In this document: piece by piece, positions 45,623-55,841 of the stretch
How the letters are laid out: the number at the start of each line of letters is the position of its first letter
Position numbering within the stretch: position 1 is the first letter of the stretch
Assembly (NCBI GenBank): GCA_040218735.1
Contig: JAVJQW010000038.1
Location: 32,001-96,000, forward strand
DNA: 64,000 nucleotides
Direction: 5' to 3'
Source of the DNA: Deltaproteobacteria bacterium
Lineage (GTDB): Bacteria; Myxococcota; Kuafuiibacteriia; Kuafuiibacteriales; Kuafuiibacteriaceae
Notes under the pieces: generated by a model
What the model saw: the letters and a program-made list of their open reading frames with translations, nothing else
Database searches by the model: none
Told to the model about the DNA's origin: nothing
Translations under genes and position numbers: made by a program

Positions 45623-46363
45623 GTATCTCTCCTCTCCCGCGCGGCTTCGCTCGGCCGCCCGGTCCCACCACGACCGCGACTCGAGCGGCGCGGTGTACAA
45701 ATGATACCGCAGGATCGACGTGATCGCGCCGCCCTTGCGCTGCCTCGCCAGCTCCGCGAGCGCGTCCGCCCACGCGTCCACGCGGTTCGGCATCGGTACG
45801 CCCCGACCCCGCAGCGCCCACAGCCCGAGGCGAAGAAACGGCGAGCTGGTCCGCCGCGCGATCTCCGTCTCTGGCACCAGGCTCAACGCATCGACGATCA
45901 GCACCAACTCACATACCGGATGCCCGAGCGCGCGCTCCAACGCCCCCGCACCGACGATCAGCTCCGACAACCGCCGCGGCGCCGTCCATTGTCCCGGCCC
46001 TTGGAACACCACGATCGGCACGAACAACGGCAGCCGCTTCGCGCCCCCGGCCAAGTGCCGCTCCCACAGCCACACTGCGAGCCTAAGCATCCGGTACGCC
46101 ATCATCGGGTCCGGCGTGCTCTGGTGCTCGAAGGCAAACCACACCAGTGCTTCGCCGTCGTCCTTCAACCGCGCTCGGTAGATGACGTCCGATGCGCGCA
46201 TCTCGAGCCCCGGCGCGACCACCTCGGCGCGCTCCTGACGCAAGGTCTCCCAGTCGATCGCCTCGACCACCGACGCCGGCAGCAACGCGGCGACCTCGTC
46301 GCGCACGTGCTCCGGGATCGAGAACAGCCGCTTGAAGAGGGCGTCGTGCGGCGTCCGCGTCAC
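45356..46363 (-). CDS. Rpn/YhgA-like recombination-promoting nuclease (PD-(D/E)xK)
   Basis: PHDALFK, SDVIY, FEHQS.PD..MA.R, LP...PIV.FQG...W, C-terminal EGREEG repeats. Confidence 0.92.
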   Translation of the reverse strand: MTRTPHDALFKRLFSIPEHVRDEVAALLPASVVEAIDWETLRQERAEVVAPGLEMRASDVIYRARLKDDGEALVWFAFEHQSTPDPMMAYRMLRLAVWLWERHLAGGAKRLPLFVPIVVFQGPGQWTAPRRLSELIVGAGALERALGHPVCELVLIVDALSLVPETEIARRTSSPFLRLGLWALRGRGVPMPNRVDAWADALAELARQRKGGAITSILRYHLYTAPLESRSWWDRAAERSRAGEERYMRTLADSFIDEGREEGLKRGRAEGREEGREEGIALGRADALRRIVERRFGAVPDDFAARIESADHATVDRWLDRAIDAASVEGVFADD

Positions 46364-46454
46364 GCCGTCCGCAAGAGCAACCCGCGCGCCAACCGCGCAC
46401 CCACGAAGACTCGCGAGCTCCGTCCGATAATCGAACGACGTCCGAAAACCGAAC

Positions 46455-49262
46455 TTATCGTCGCCGCGACAATGCCACCGCCGAGCGCGTCCCGCCGTGA
46501 TCCAACAGCGCCGCGATCGCCTCGCGGTCCGCCATCCCCGACGCCTCCACCGTCGCGATCAACCGACGCACCTCGCGCTCGTGCACCAGGTACCGCATCG
46601 CGAGCTCCGCGAGCGCCGGGCCGTCGAGGTTCTCCAGATACGCGAGACCCTCGCGGTACACGATGCGCGTCGCGAGCGACGCCGCGATGATGCTGATCCG
46701 ATACGGCCGCGGCAGGCCCGAATCGATGCGGTCCCCCGCGACCTCCAACAACACCGGCGGCAAGTGCTCGCGCACCAGGTCGTCGAGGTCCGTCTCCGTC
46801 GCGACCAGCGCCGCTTCGATCGCGTCCGTCGCCGCGAGGATCGTTCGGCTCAACGACACCGACAGCTCCGGCAACACCAGGCTCGGATCCCGCGCGTGCT
46901 CCGCGAACAGCAGCACCGCCTCCCGCCGCGCCAACGCACGCAGCTTCGTGAGCACCTCTTCGACGAAGCGCTCCTTCACCGCCATGAACGCCTCCGGCTC
47001 CAGCAACAGACTCGCCGCGATCTCGTAGCTCGAGCAGATCACCCCGCACTTGTTCGCGCTCGAGTCCTTCACGATCAGGACGTTCGTCGACGTCGACAAC
47101 AGCCGCCGCGCTTCGGGCGTGATGAACAGGTTCGCCCCCTCCACGATCACCCGGCTCGTCGCGTTCCCCGCGGCGTCCAAGTAGTCCCGCCAGTTCTTCT
47201 CGTGGATGGTCTGCGGCCGCCCGCCGGCCGGGATGAACGCGTCCGCCACCACCTCGAAACACATCGAGTTCCGCAGCTTCAACCCGTCCGGATCCTCCAG
47301 CGACGCCACGACACCCTCGGCGCTCAGCTTCGAACGATCGAACGCCGCGATGGGCAGCGACGCCGCCACCAGCCGCAGCAGCTCCTCGTGATCCAACCCC
47401 GCCGGATCCCGCGCCGAGCCGCTCCCGTCCGCGATCCCCACGATGCGCGCACGCGCCCCGTACTCCCGCACCAGGATCTTGATCTCGTTCCCCGCGACGT
47501 CCCCGTCCGGCCCGCCGGTGAGCTTCACCGTGAAGTCGTCCTCCCGCGGATCGATCCCCACCGCGCGCAACGCCTCCTCCAGGAAGACCGTCACACCCTC
47601 GCTGGTCACGCCGTACACCTTGTGGTTGATGCCCGCGCCCGGCTTGCTGCTCATGAACGCGTTCGGCGTCGCGTACCCGCGCGCCGCAGCACGCGCGACG
47701 ATCCATTCGATCAGATCGTCGGTCACGTTCTCGTCCGGCCCGAGGTAGAGCCGCTCGCCGGTCTCGAGGATCACGTCGAGCAACCCGTCCGCGAACGCCT
47801 GCAGCGACGGCGCCACCGACGTCCCGGGCTCCGTCAGCACCACCGCCTTCGAGCCCCCCTCCGGGATGTCCTTGTTCTTGAGCTGCTGCGCGCGCGCCAA
47901 CCCGTAGGCCTCGTCGTAGAGACGCTCCAGGTTGAACACGTGCTCCTCCGGCCCGCGCGGTCGCACGACGCGGACCCCGCCACGCGCGACGTCGCGGAAG
48001 CGAACGTGGAATCCGTCGAAGTGACGGCCGTGTACGAAGAAGGCTCCGAACGGCTCGTCGGGTTTCGAGTCGTCGGTGAGGTACTTCGGATCGAAGCGAA
48101 TCGCGAACGCGTACCGGTCCACCAACTTCGCGTTGTGCGCGCGCGTCGCGCGCGTCGCGTCGGCGAGCGCCTGCACCACGCGACGATCGTAGTCGTCGAC
48201 GATCCGGCCGAGGTCGGCGAGCTGCAGCTCACCCGTCGCCTCCGCGCCATCCGAGAGGAACACATCGACGATCGCCTTCACGACGCCCACGTGGCGGTCG
48301 ACCGTCTCGTACATGCGCTCGCGCGCGTACGCGAAGCGATCGATATGCGTCAGCGCGGCGTGCGCGAGGTGCACCAACGAGATCGTCGCCTCCGCCTCCA
48401 CCAACGACACGCCGTGCCGGCGCGAGAACAAAAGCGACACCTCGTCGATCCACTTCAACCGAACCAGGTCCGCGCGCACCGCGTCGGCGCTCGCGGTGAG
48501 GCGCCCGTCCGCGTCGTCGACCACGAACCCCAACACCGAGACGTCGCCGAACGCATCCAGGTAAGCGCGGCGGATATCGAAGTGCTGATCGCCGAGGTGC
48601 GTCACCACGCGGCTGAGCAGCTCGCGCGGCGCCTCGTGACGCGTCGCGACGCTGATGCGCCTCAGGCCGGACTCCGCCTGGTCCGTGATTCGCACCGCGG
48701 TGTCCTCCGGGCCGCGCACCGCGTTCCACAGGCCGTAGCAGGCGTGGATGCGCAGCGGCGACGCCGACCGCACGAAGGTCGCGGTGCACGTCGCGAAGAA
48801 GCGCTCGAGGTCGGTCCCGTCGGCGCCGCGCTCCGCCGCGAACGCCTGGGTCGCGGCGAGCTTGGCGGCCTGCTCGGTGTCGCTCGGATCGAAGGGCGCG
48901 TCGGAGCCGTCGAAGCGGAACACGTCGAGCACGAGCTTGCCGTCCGCTGCGGTGTGGACCTTCGCGCTCGACAGCGTTCGGTCTTGCGGGAGCTGACGCA
49001 GGAGCTCCGCGAGCAGGCCCGGGTAGTTCTTCTCTTCGATGAAGGTCCAGATCCGGCCGTCCTCGTTCTCGAGGGCCATGCGCGTCGCCACGCCCGACAG
49101 ACGTGACGCGACGATCGCCGCGAGGTGCGCGCGGCGCACCTCGACCGGGGTGTCCTGGATGTAAGGATCGGGCATCTGCGCGAGGAACCACGGGACGACT
49201 TGCGTCGCCGTGGTGCGCAGACGCTGGAGGAGATCTTCGACGATGGCGTCCGCGTCGGTCAC
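46455..49262 (-). CDS. NAD-specific glutamate dehydrogenase (large type, ACT-like N-terminus)
   Basis: GFHVRFRDVARGGVR, QQLKNKDIPEGGSK, LGPDEN, GINHKVYGVTSEGV, TGGPDGDVAGN, EGANLF, DSSANKCGVICSSYE. Confidence 0.93.
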   Translation of the reverse strand: MTDADAIVEDLLQRLRTTATQVVPWFLAQMPDPYIQDTPVEVRRAHLAAIVASRLSGVATRMALENEDGRIWTFIEEKNYPGLLAELLRQLPQDRTLSSAKVHTAADGKLVLDVFRFDGSDAPFDPSDTEQAAKLAATQAFAAERGADGTDLERFFATCTATFVRSASPLRIHACYGLWNAVRGPEDTAVRITDQAESGLRRISVATRHEAPRELLSRVVTHLGDQHFDIRRAYLDAFGDVSVLGFVVDDADGRLTASADAVRADLVRLKWIDEVSLLFSRRHGVSLVEAEATISLVHLAHAALTHIDRFAYARERMYETVDRHVGVVKAIVDVFLSDGAEATGELQLADLGRIVDDYDRRVVQALADATRATRAHNAKLVDRYAFAIRFDPKYLTDDSKPDEPFGAFFVHGRHFDGFHVRFRDVARGGVRVVRPRGPEEHVFNLERLYDEAYGLARAQQLKNKDIPEGGSKAVVLTEPGTSVAPSLQAFADGLLDVILETGERLYLGPDENVTDDLIEWIVARAAARGYATPNAFMSSKPGAGINHKVYGVTSEGVTVFLEEALRAVGIDPREDDFTVKLTGGPDGDVAGNEIKILVREYGARARIVGIADGSGSARDPAGLDHEELLRLVAASLPIAAFDRSKLSAEGVVASLEDPDGLKLRNSMCFEVVADAFIPAGGRPQTIHEKNWRDYLDAAGNATSRVIVEGANLFITPEARRLLSTSTNVLIVKDSSANKCGVICSSYEIAASLLLEPEAFMAVKERFVEEVLTKLRALARREAVLLFAEHARDPSLVLPELSVSLSRTILAATDAIEAALVATETDLDDLVREHLPPVLLEVAGDRIDSGLPRPYRISIIAASLATRIVYREGLAYLENLDGPALAELAMRYLVHEREVRRLIATVEASGMADREAIAALLDHGGTRSAVALSRRR

Positions 49263-49294
49263 GACGCGGATCTACCACTCGCCGGATGCGGGGC

Positions 49295-49876
49295 CTACTC
49301 GCCCGCGTGCTTCGCTTCTTCGCGCTCGAGCTCGGCGAAGCTCTTCTCGGCGGCGCGCTTCACGCGCTCCTTCACCTTCGCGTTGAGCTCCTTGCTCGTG
49401 TCGATGAGGTCCATGAAACGCTCCACGTCGAGGCGGGCGAGCGCGTAGAACGTGCCGTCGGTGGGGTGGATCCACTGGTCGACGATCTCCACGCCGTTGA
49501 GCGTGCCGGCCGAGAAGGTCTTCACCGCCTGCTCGACGTGCTGCTCCTCGGACGACGCCGAGAAGTCACCGGCCGTGGTCGACGCCGCGTAGTCCTTCAT
49601 CAGGGACGCCGTGTACGTCTCGAAGATCTTCTGCATCTCCGCGCGGGCCTGGTTGCCGGCCGCCGAGCGGAGGAGGGCGGGGTTCTTGATCCCCGACTTG
49701 GCGCCCACCGCGTAGATCACGCGCTTTTCGCCGCCGAACGCGCCGCTACCGCGCGCGACCCACTCGGGGTATTCGACCGCGGGGGTGTTGTTGTGGACGA
49801 CGCCTTCCTTCGTGCCGCCACCGCAGGCGATCATCGTCGGGAGGGCAAGGGTCAGTGCAATGGCAATACGCTTCAT
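49295..49876 (-). CDS. LPP20-family lipoprotein
   Basis: Lipobox MIAC; PEWV, YAVG, A...ARAE, L.GVEIVD.W. Confidence 0.75.
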   Translation of the reverse strand: MKRIAIALTLALPTMIACGGGTKEGVVHNNTPAVEYPEWVARGSGAFGGEKRVIYAVGAKSGIKNPALLRSAAGNQARAEMQKIFETYTASLMKDYAASTTAGDFSASSEEQHVEQAVKTFSAGTLNGVEIVDQWIHPTDGTFYALARLDVERFMDLIDTSKELNAKVKERVKRAAEKSFAELEREEAKHAGE

Positions 49877-49930
49877 CTTTGGAGTGCTCCTATTCGGGCC
49901 GCAACGTCGGCTTTGGACGGACGGGTATCA

Positions 49931-52666
49931 CTAAGGACGGCCGATCGCCATGCGCGATTCACCGCCCACGAAAAGAACCGTGCCGTCCGGGGCTTGGACC
50001 GCACGTAGGGGGTTGAACGGGGTGCGCATGTACCGAATGCGCTCGGTCGCGCCGAGCCGGTAGACGAACCCGTTCGCCAGCACGACCGCGCGCGGCGCGG
50101 CCTCCTGGTCCGTGGTGGTATCGGGTATCAGATCGATCGGCCGCTGGTACGTGACCTCCGAGATGCTCAGCGCGAACAGCTCGTCGACGGCGAAGCGCTC
50201 GAAGTCGAGACCACGAGCGTCGAGCGCGACCGTCTCCGCGTCGGGGGGCAGCGGCGTCGCGACGTTCCGGTAGAACACCATGATGCCGTACATCTCCTCG
50301 AGCTCGCTCGCCGTGCCGTACCCGGTGAGCGTGAGGTCGTCCGGGCAGCCGAGCGTCGCGCCGTAGAGCGTGGGGCGTTTGTCGAGCTTGAAGCGCTCGG
50401 CCACCCCGCCCGCGATGCGCACGACGTAACCGTCCCGGCCGATCGCCCACGCGACGCCGTGGCCACCGACCACGCGCCGCCAGTGATCCACGCGCGGGAC
50501 GTTCCCGGAGCACGCGTCCGGCTCGGGGCGGGGGAACGTCTCGACGTCCGGCGTGGTCAGGTCGTCGACGTCCAGCTCGATCTCTGTGACGGTGTCGCCG
50601 TCGATCTGCAGGATCTTCGTCCCGTGGGTGACGGCGACGAAGCGGCCCGGGTGAATCGCGGCGACGTCCACGATGTCGAGGTTCTCGGCGAACGTCGCGG
50701 GGAGCGCGAGCGGCTGCCCGACGCTGACCGCGTCGCCGACGTCGACCCGGGCGAGGTACGCATCGCCGTCCTTCGAGCCGCCGATCAGGAACACGGTGCG
50801 GTCCGCCGAGGAGAGCGCTTCGTCGACGACCGCGGCGTCGACGCGGACGCCCGACAGGTCCGGCGCTTCGATCACCGTCGCCGTCGCGTCCGAAGCGCGC
50901 ACGCGCGTGACGCCGCGCGGGTGGCCGAACACGATGAAGTCACCGCGGTGGTCGACGCCGATCGCCCGGTACGTCGCTCCGTCGGTTTCGTCGGGCCCGT
51001 AGATCTTCGTGAACGACGTCGTGCCCGTGTTTGCGTAGACCTGGTTCTCGCGACCGCGCCCGAGGAGTGTCCCGTTCGCGAGCGGGCTGAGCACGTCCAT
51101 CGACGGGAAGCTCCCGTACAGCTCCGATAGCGGCTGCGATGCGATCTCGTAGCCGTCGGCGTCGAGGTCGACGGCGGTCACGCCGGACAGCTGCATGCGC
51201 ACGACGCCGGACTGGCCGGAGTCGAGGAACTCACGACACCGACGCCCCGGGCTGCTCGACCACGTGACCCGCCAGTCCGGGTCCGGCAGCTCACCGGGCG
51301 CCGCCGCGATCGTCGCGGTCATGATCACCGAGAAGTCCGAAGTGCAGCGCTCGGTCGACTTCGCGATCGCACAGACGTACGCGCGGTCGCCCTGTCGGGT
51401 CATCGCCGACAGCTCGACGATCTCCACGCTCCCTTCCTCGTCCGCGCGCGGGACGGGGTCCTCGAACTGAAAACACGACCACGCGTCGCTCGGGTGCGGG
51501 TTGATCAGCGGCGGCGCGTTCGGCGACTTGTAGTACAGACCTTGGTGCGCGATCGCGACGCCCGTGCCGTCCGGGAAGATCGACAGGCCGTACAGGCGTG
51601 AGAAGCGCCGCAGGTCGATGCACTGCTCGACGTCCACGCGCTGACACGTGAACGGGTTCGCGCTGCACGCGTACATCCCGGGCTCCACCGATCCGAGGCC
51701 GCGCTCCCCGCCGACCAGGTACACCGGCCAGTCACCGGCGTCGTCCAGCACGATCAGGCGCTCGGCGATCGCGCGGCCGCCGTCGTCGAGCGGGACAGGG
51801 GCCTGCGCGCGGCCGTCGACGATCGACACGCGGTAGTACTGGTGTTCGTCGAACGTCGAGGTGTTGAAGCGTCCCGCGGAGACGAGGAAGTCGCCGTTCG
51901 GGAGGGCCGTCGAGTGGCGTACGGTCGTGTCGAGATCGTCGAAGCGCGTGAACTCGGTGCGGCCCGTCGCGGGATCCCAGACCGCCGCACCGTTGCGGGA
52001 GAAGCCGGCGATGACGCCGTCCTCGCGCGCGGAGAAAGTGTTGAGCGGCCACGGTGCGTCGTCCGGCGTGACGGCCTCGACCGTCATCTGCGAGAGGTTC
52101 GCGGGCGCTTGCGGCGGTCGACACACACAGTCGCCGGGCCACTCCAGCCACAGCGATCGTCGGACACGTTCGAGCTCGATGCCGTCGTCGCCGTTGCCCT
52201 CCGCGCACACGCGGCTGCCCGGTGCGCCGGCGCATCGAAACGCATCGCCGTCCGGGTGCCAGATCGCGCCGCGGTTCCACGACGGGACCAGGCAGGTCTC
52301 GCCCGGGTTCATCACCTGCGGAAACTTCGTGGACGGCGCGAGGCACCGTCCGCACCCGCCGGGCGCGGGGCCGTCGGTGCGCACCGCGAGGGCGTCCAGC
52401 TCGACCGACGGGACGTCCGCGCCGCTCGGGCGAACGTAGTCACCCTCCTGCAGGATCCACGTGTAGATCGGGCGGTCGGGATCCGCGTCGACCCGGAGCG
52501 GCTCGCCGGCGCGGTACGGATGGAGCGACGCGATCGCGCGACCGTCGACCGTCGACACCGCGACCACGGTCTGCCCCGGGCCGTACTCGACCGTGAGCTC
52601 GACGCCCGACTCACCGCACGCCGCGAGGCACGTGCTCAGCACGAGGGTCGTTGTCCGCCGCCGCAT
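49931..52666 (-). CDS. Large hypothetical lipoprotein, probable beta-propeller
   Basis: Lipobox LAAC; 911-aa beta-rich ORF; WAIGRDG.V blade-like motif. Confidence 0.65.
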   Translation of the reverse strand: MRRRTTTLVLSTCLAACGESGVELTVEYGPGQTVVAVSTVDGRAIASLHPYRAGEPLRVDADPDRPIYTWILQEGDYVRPSGADVPSVELDALAVRTDGPAPGGCGRCLAPSTKFPQVMNPGETCLVPSWNRGAIWHPDGDAFRCAGAPGSRVCAEGNGDDGIELERVRRSLWLEWPGDCVCRPPQAPANLSQMTVEAVTPDDAPWPLNTFSAREDGVIAGFSRNGAAVWDPATGRTEFTRFDDLDTTVRHSTALPNGDFLVSAGRFNTSTFDEHQYYRVSIVDGRAQAPVPLDDGGRAIAERLIVLDDAGDWPVYLVGGERGLGSVEPGMYACSANPFTCQRVDVEQCIDLRRFSRLYGLSIFPDGTGVAIAHQGLYYKSPNAPPLINPHPSDAWSCFQFEDPVPRADEEGSVEIVELSAMTRQGDRAYVCAIAKSTERCTSDFSVIMTATIAAAPGELPDPDWRVTWSSSPGRRCREFLDSGQSGVVRMQLSGVTAVDLDADGYEIASQPLSELYGSFPSMDVLSPLANGTLLGRGRENQVYANTGTTSFTKIYGPDETDGATYRAIGVDHRGDFIVFGHPRGVTRVRASDATATVIEAPDLSGVRVDAAVVDEALSSADRTVFLIGGSKDGDAYLARVDVGDAVSVGQPLALPATFAENLDIVDVAAIHPGRFVAVTHGTKILQIDGDTVTEIELDVDDLTTPDVETFPRPEPDACSGNVPRVDHWRRVVGGHGVAWAIGRDGYVVRIAGGVAERFKLDKRPTLYGATLGCPDDLTLTGYGTASELEEMYGIMVFYRNVATPLPPDAETVALDARGLDFERFAVDELFALSISEVTYQRPIDLIPDTTTDQEAAPRAVVLANGFVYRLGATERIRYMRTPFNPLRAVQAPDGTVLFVGGESRMAIGRP

Positions 52667-52738
52667 TCGACCCGGAGCCTAGCCCGCCTCGCACCACGTT
52701 TTCCATCGGCGTCCCGTGAGTGGTATGGCGAGCCCACG

Positions 52739-53098
52739 ATGCGCGTGACGACCGTCGCCTACGCGTTCGGCCCCGCCGTCGCGGTCTCGGCCGCGATCCT
52801 GTTCTTGTCGCACCAGCCCGTACTTCCTGCACCAACGGGCAATGACAAGGTCGCGCACGTGATCGCGTACACCGCGGTCGGCGCGACCTACCTGCACGCG
52901 CTCCTCCTCGGCACCTCCTGGCCACGGACGCTCGTCCTCGGCTTCGTCTTGGCGTCGCTGTTCGGCGTCACGGACGAAGTGCACCAGAGCTTCGTGCCGG
53001 GGCGCCACGCGGACGTCGGCGACGTGCTCGCGGACGTCGTCGGCGCCGCGCTCGGGACCGCGCTCGCCGCGCTCGTGTACCGCCGCCGGCTGCGCTGA
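52739..53098 (+). CDS. VanZ-like membrane protein
   Basis: ILFLSHQP, DKVAH...Y, DEVHQSFVPGR.ADVGDVLAD..G. Confidence 0.88.
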   Translation: MRVTTVAYAFGPAVAVSAAILFLSHQPVLPAPTGNDKVAHVIAYTAVGATYLHALLLGTSWPRTLVLGFVLASLFGVTDEVHQSFVPGRHADVGDVLADVVGAALGTALAALVYRRRLR

Positions 53099-53130
53099 CA
53101 GGCGCGCTGGGCCCGTGGTACCGGCTCGGG

Positions 53131-55248
53131 GTGCGAAGGTGGATCGCGGCGTGGTTGCTCGTAGGGTTCGGTTGCAGCTCGAACGCGGCCGCGCCGCCCC
53201 CTTCGGCGAAGGCCGACGCCACGAAGAACAAACGTGACGTCGTCACGGAGGAGCACTTCTCGGTGAAGGTCGAAGATCCGTTCCGCTGGCTCGAGGACGA
53301 GAAGGACGAAGACGTCCGCGCGTGGATGAAGGCGCGCGACGACCACGCGCGCAGCGTGCTCGCCACGTTCCCGGAGCGTGACGCGTTGCAGGCAAGGTAC
53401 CGCGAGCTGCTCTACGTCGAGTCGCGCTCCGCGCCGCGCGTGCGCGGGGGGCGGTTGTTCTTCGCGCGCAAGCCGGCCGACCGCGAGAAGACGATCCACT
53501 ACTGGCAGCAAGGCGAGGGCGGCGAACCGAAGGTGCTGCTCGACCCGAACACCATGAGCGAGGACGGCTCCGTCAGCATCGGCGCGGTCGTCCCTTCGAA
53601 GGACGGCAAGCTCGTCGCGTACATGGAGAAGAGCAACAACGCGGACGAGTCGACGCTGAAGATCATGGAGGTCGACACCGGCGCGCTGCGCGAGCGCGAC
53701 ACGATCGAGCACCTCCGTTACACGTACCCGTCGTGGACACCCGACGGCGCCGGCTTCTACTACACGTGGCTGCCGTCCGACCCGAGCATCCCGTCCAACG
53801 AGCGCATGGGGCTGTCGCAGGTCCGCTACCACGCGCTCGGCACGGACCCGGCGAACGATGTCACCGTACGCGGCGAGACCGGCGACGCGCAGCGGTGGCA
53901 GGGCGCGTACGTCTCCGACGACGGCAAGTACCTGTTCCTCACCATCAGCCACGGTTGGTCCGAGGCCGACGTGTACGTGATGTTCCTCGAGGAGGAGGAG
54001 CCGACGTGGAGGCCGCTCGCGGTGGGCACGAAGGCGCTGTACGGCGTGGTCGCGCACGACGACGTCTTCTACGTGACCACCAACTACGAGGCGCCGCGGT
54101 ACGAGGTCTTCCGGGTGCTGCCCTCGAAGCTCGAGCGCAAACACTGGCGGCGCATCGTCGCGCAGGATCCGAAGGCGGTGATCGAGGACGTCGATGTCGT
54201 CGGTGGCAAACTCGCGATCGCCTACTTGAAGGACGTCTCGACCACGCTCGAGATCCGCGAGCTCGACGGGACGAAGATCCGCGACGTCGAGCTCCCCGCG
54301 ATCGGCACCGCGTCAGCGCTGATCGGCGACGCCGACCACGACACCGCCTACTTCTCGTTCTCGTCGTTCAACTACGCGCCGACGATCTACAAGACGTCCA
54401 TCGCGAAGGGGACGACGACGCTGTTCGCGAAGGTCGACCTGCCGCTGGACTCCGAGCGGTTCGTCGTGAAGCGCGTCGAGTACCCGTCGAAGGACGGCAC
54501 GATGATCTCGATGTTCCTCGTGCACGACAAGGACCTCGAGCTCGACGGAGCCCGCCCCACGCTGATGTACGGGTACGGCGGCTTCAACATCTCCATCACG
54601 CCGGAGTTCACCGCGTTCATCCTCCCGTGGATCGAACGCGGCGGCGTCTACGCGTCACCGCACCTTCGCGGCGGTGGTGAGTACGGGGAGTCGTGGCACA
54701 AGGCGGGGATGCTCGAGAAGAAGCAGAACGTCTTCGACGACTTCGCCGCGGCGGCTGAGTGGTTGGTCGCCGAGAAGTACACGAGCCCCGAGCACCTCGG
54801 CATTCGCGGGGGGAGCAACGGCGGCCTGCTCGTCGGCGCCGCGATGACCCAACGCCCGGAGCTGTTCGGCGCGGTCATCTGCGCGGTGCCGCTGCTCGAC
54901 ATGCTGCGGTACCACCTGTTCGGTGTCGGCAAGGCGTGGATCCCGGAGTACGGCGTCGCGGACGACGAGGCGCAGTTCGCGGTGCTGCACGCGTACTCGC
55001 CGTACCACCACGTGAAGGCCGACGTGGCCTATCCGCCGCTCCTCATGCTCTCGGCCGACACGGACGATCGTGTCGATCCGATGCACGCGCGGAAGTTCGT
55101 GGCGGCGCTCGAGGCCGTGACGCCTCCGGAGCACGTGCACCTGTTACGCATCGAGGAGAACGCGGGCCACGGCGGGGCCGACCTGCGGAAGAAGACCGTC
55201 GAGGTCTACGTCGACCAGGTCGCGTTCCTGCTCGAACACCTGCGGTGA
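53131..55248 (+). CDS. Prolyl oligopeptidase (S9A), exported/lipoprotein
   Basis: DPFRWLED, YGYGGF, RGGGEYG..WH, catalytic GGSNGG, DDRV, GHG. Confidence 0.95.
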   Translation: MRRWIAAWLLVGFGCSSNAAAPPPSAKADATKNKRDVVTEEHFSVKVEDPFRWLEDEKDEDVRAWMKARDDHARSVLATFPERDALQARYRELLYVESRSAPRVRGGRLFFARKPADREKTIHYWQQGEGGEPKVLLDPNTMSEDGSVSIGAVVPSKDGKLVAYMEKSNNADESTLKIMEVDTGALRERDTIEHLRYTYPSWTPDGAGFYYTWLPSDPSIPSNERMGLSQVRYHALGTDPANDVTVRGETGDAQRWQGAYVSDDGKYLFLTISHGWSEADVYVMFLEEEEPTWRPLAVGTKALYGVVAHDDVFYVTTNYEAPRYEVFRVLPSKLERKHWRRIVAQDPKAVIEDVDVVGGKLAIAYLKDVSTTLEIRELDGTKIRDVELPAIGTASALIGDADHDTAYFSFSSFNYAPTIYKTSIAKGTTTLFAKVDLPLDSERFVVKRVEYPSKDGTMISMFLVHDKDLELDGARPTLMYGYGGFNISITPEFTAFILPWIERGGVYASPHLRGGGEYGESWHKAGMLEKKQNVFDDFAAAAEWLVAEKYTSPEHLGIRGGSNGGLLVGAAMTQRPELFGAVICAVPLLDMLRYHLFGVGKAWIPEYGVADDEAQFAVLHAYSPYHHVKADVAYPPLLMLSADTDDRVDPMHARKFVAALEAVTPPEHVHLLRIEENAGHGGADLRKKTVEVYVDQVAFLLEHLR

Positions 55249-55252
55249 AGGA

Positions 55253-55567
55253 TCAGCGGCGACGGGACTCCGACTCGGTGATCGTCTCGAGCAGGTCCGC
55301 GGCGCGGACGTAGAAGTTCTTCAGCTCCGACTCGTTCTTCCCCATCTTGGCGGAGTCGTGGAGGCTGAACTCCTCCGACCGCTCCACGCGGCGCACGAAG
55401 TCGTCGTAGTCCTCGACCTGCGCCTTGATGTGGTCGAACAGCTGCTGCGCGAGCTGCTTGCCCTCCGACGCGAGGTTGGCGTCGTAGCGCGAAGCCAGCT
55501 TCGCGTTGATCCGGGTGGCGCGCTGGTACGCTTCGGAGATCGGGTTGGTCTCGGACGACTCGCTCAT
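55253..55567 (-). CDS. Small helical hypothetical protein
   Basis: 104 aa, normal composition, fills the gap between the peptidase and tRNA-Val. Confidence 0.6.
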   Translation of the reverse strand: MSESSETNPISEAYQRATRINAKLASRYDANLASEGKQLAQQLFDHIKAQVEDYDDFVRRVERSEEFSLHDSAKMGKNESELKNFYVRAADLLETITESESRRR

Positions 55568-55635
55568 GAGGGCGCCGGGACACTACCCGCCGAAGTTCGG
55601 CCGGAAAAGGCCCTTTGTGCTGGGGAGTAACCCTT

Positions 55636-55708
55636 TAGGCGGGACAGGGCTCGAACCTGCGACATTCGCCGTGTAAAGGCGACGCTCTGCCAACTGAGCT
55701 ACCCGCCT
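55636..55708 (-). tRNA. tRNA-Val (TAC), CCA not encoded
   Basis: AGGCGGGTAGCTCAGTTGGCAGAGCGTCGCCTTTACACGGCGAATGTCGCAGGTTCGAGCCCTGTCCCGCCTA. Confidence 0.95.
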
Positions 55709-55841
55709 GAATTCGCTGGCGATGCCCTAACACGAAGCGATTGTGGTCGTCGACCCGCTCCCGTAGGATGGTGATCGAAGGGTCGGACGACCGGCGGACG
55801 GTCGGGCCGTGCGATCCCATGTAGTGGATTCAAGGCGACAG

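Noticed and set aside
45356-46363. IS element transposase
   Set aside because: Rpn/YhgA family; no terminal inverted repeats or target duplication seen.
52739-53098. Glycopeptide resistance locus
   Set aside because: Lone VanZ-like genes are widespread; no vanHAX or vanRS nearby.
55636-55708. tRNA-Val lacking CCA as a pseudogene or att remnant
   Set aside because: The cloverleaf is complete, and CCA is commonly added post-transcriptionally.
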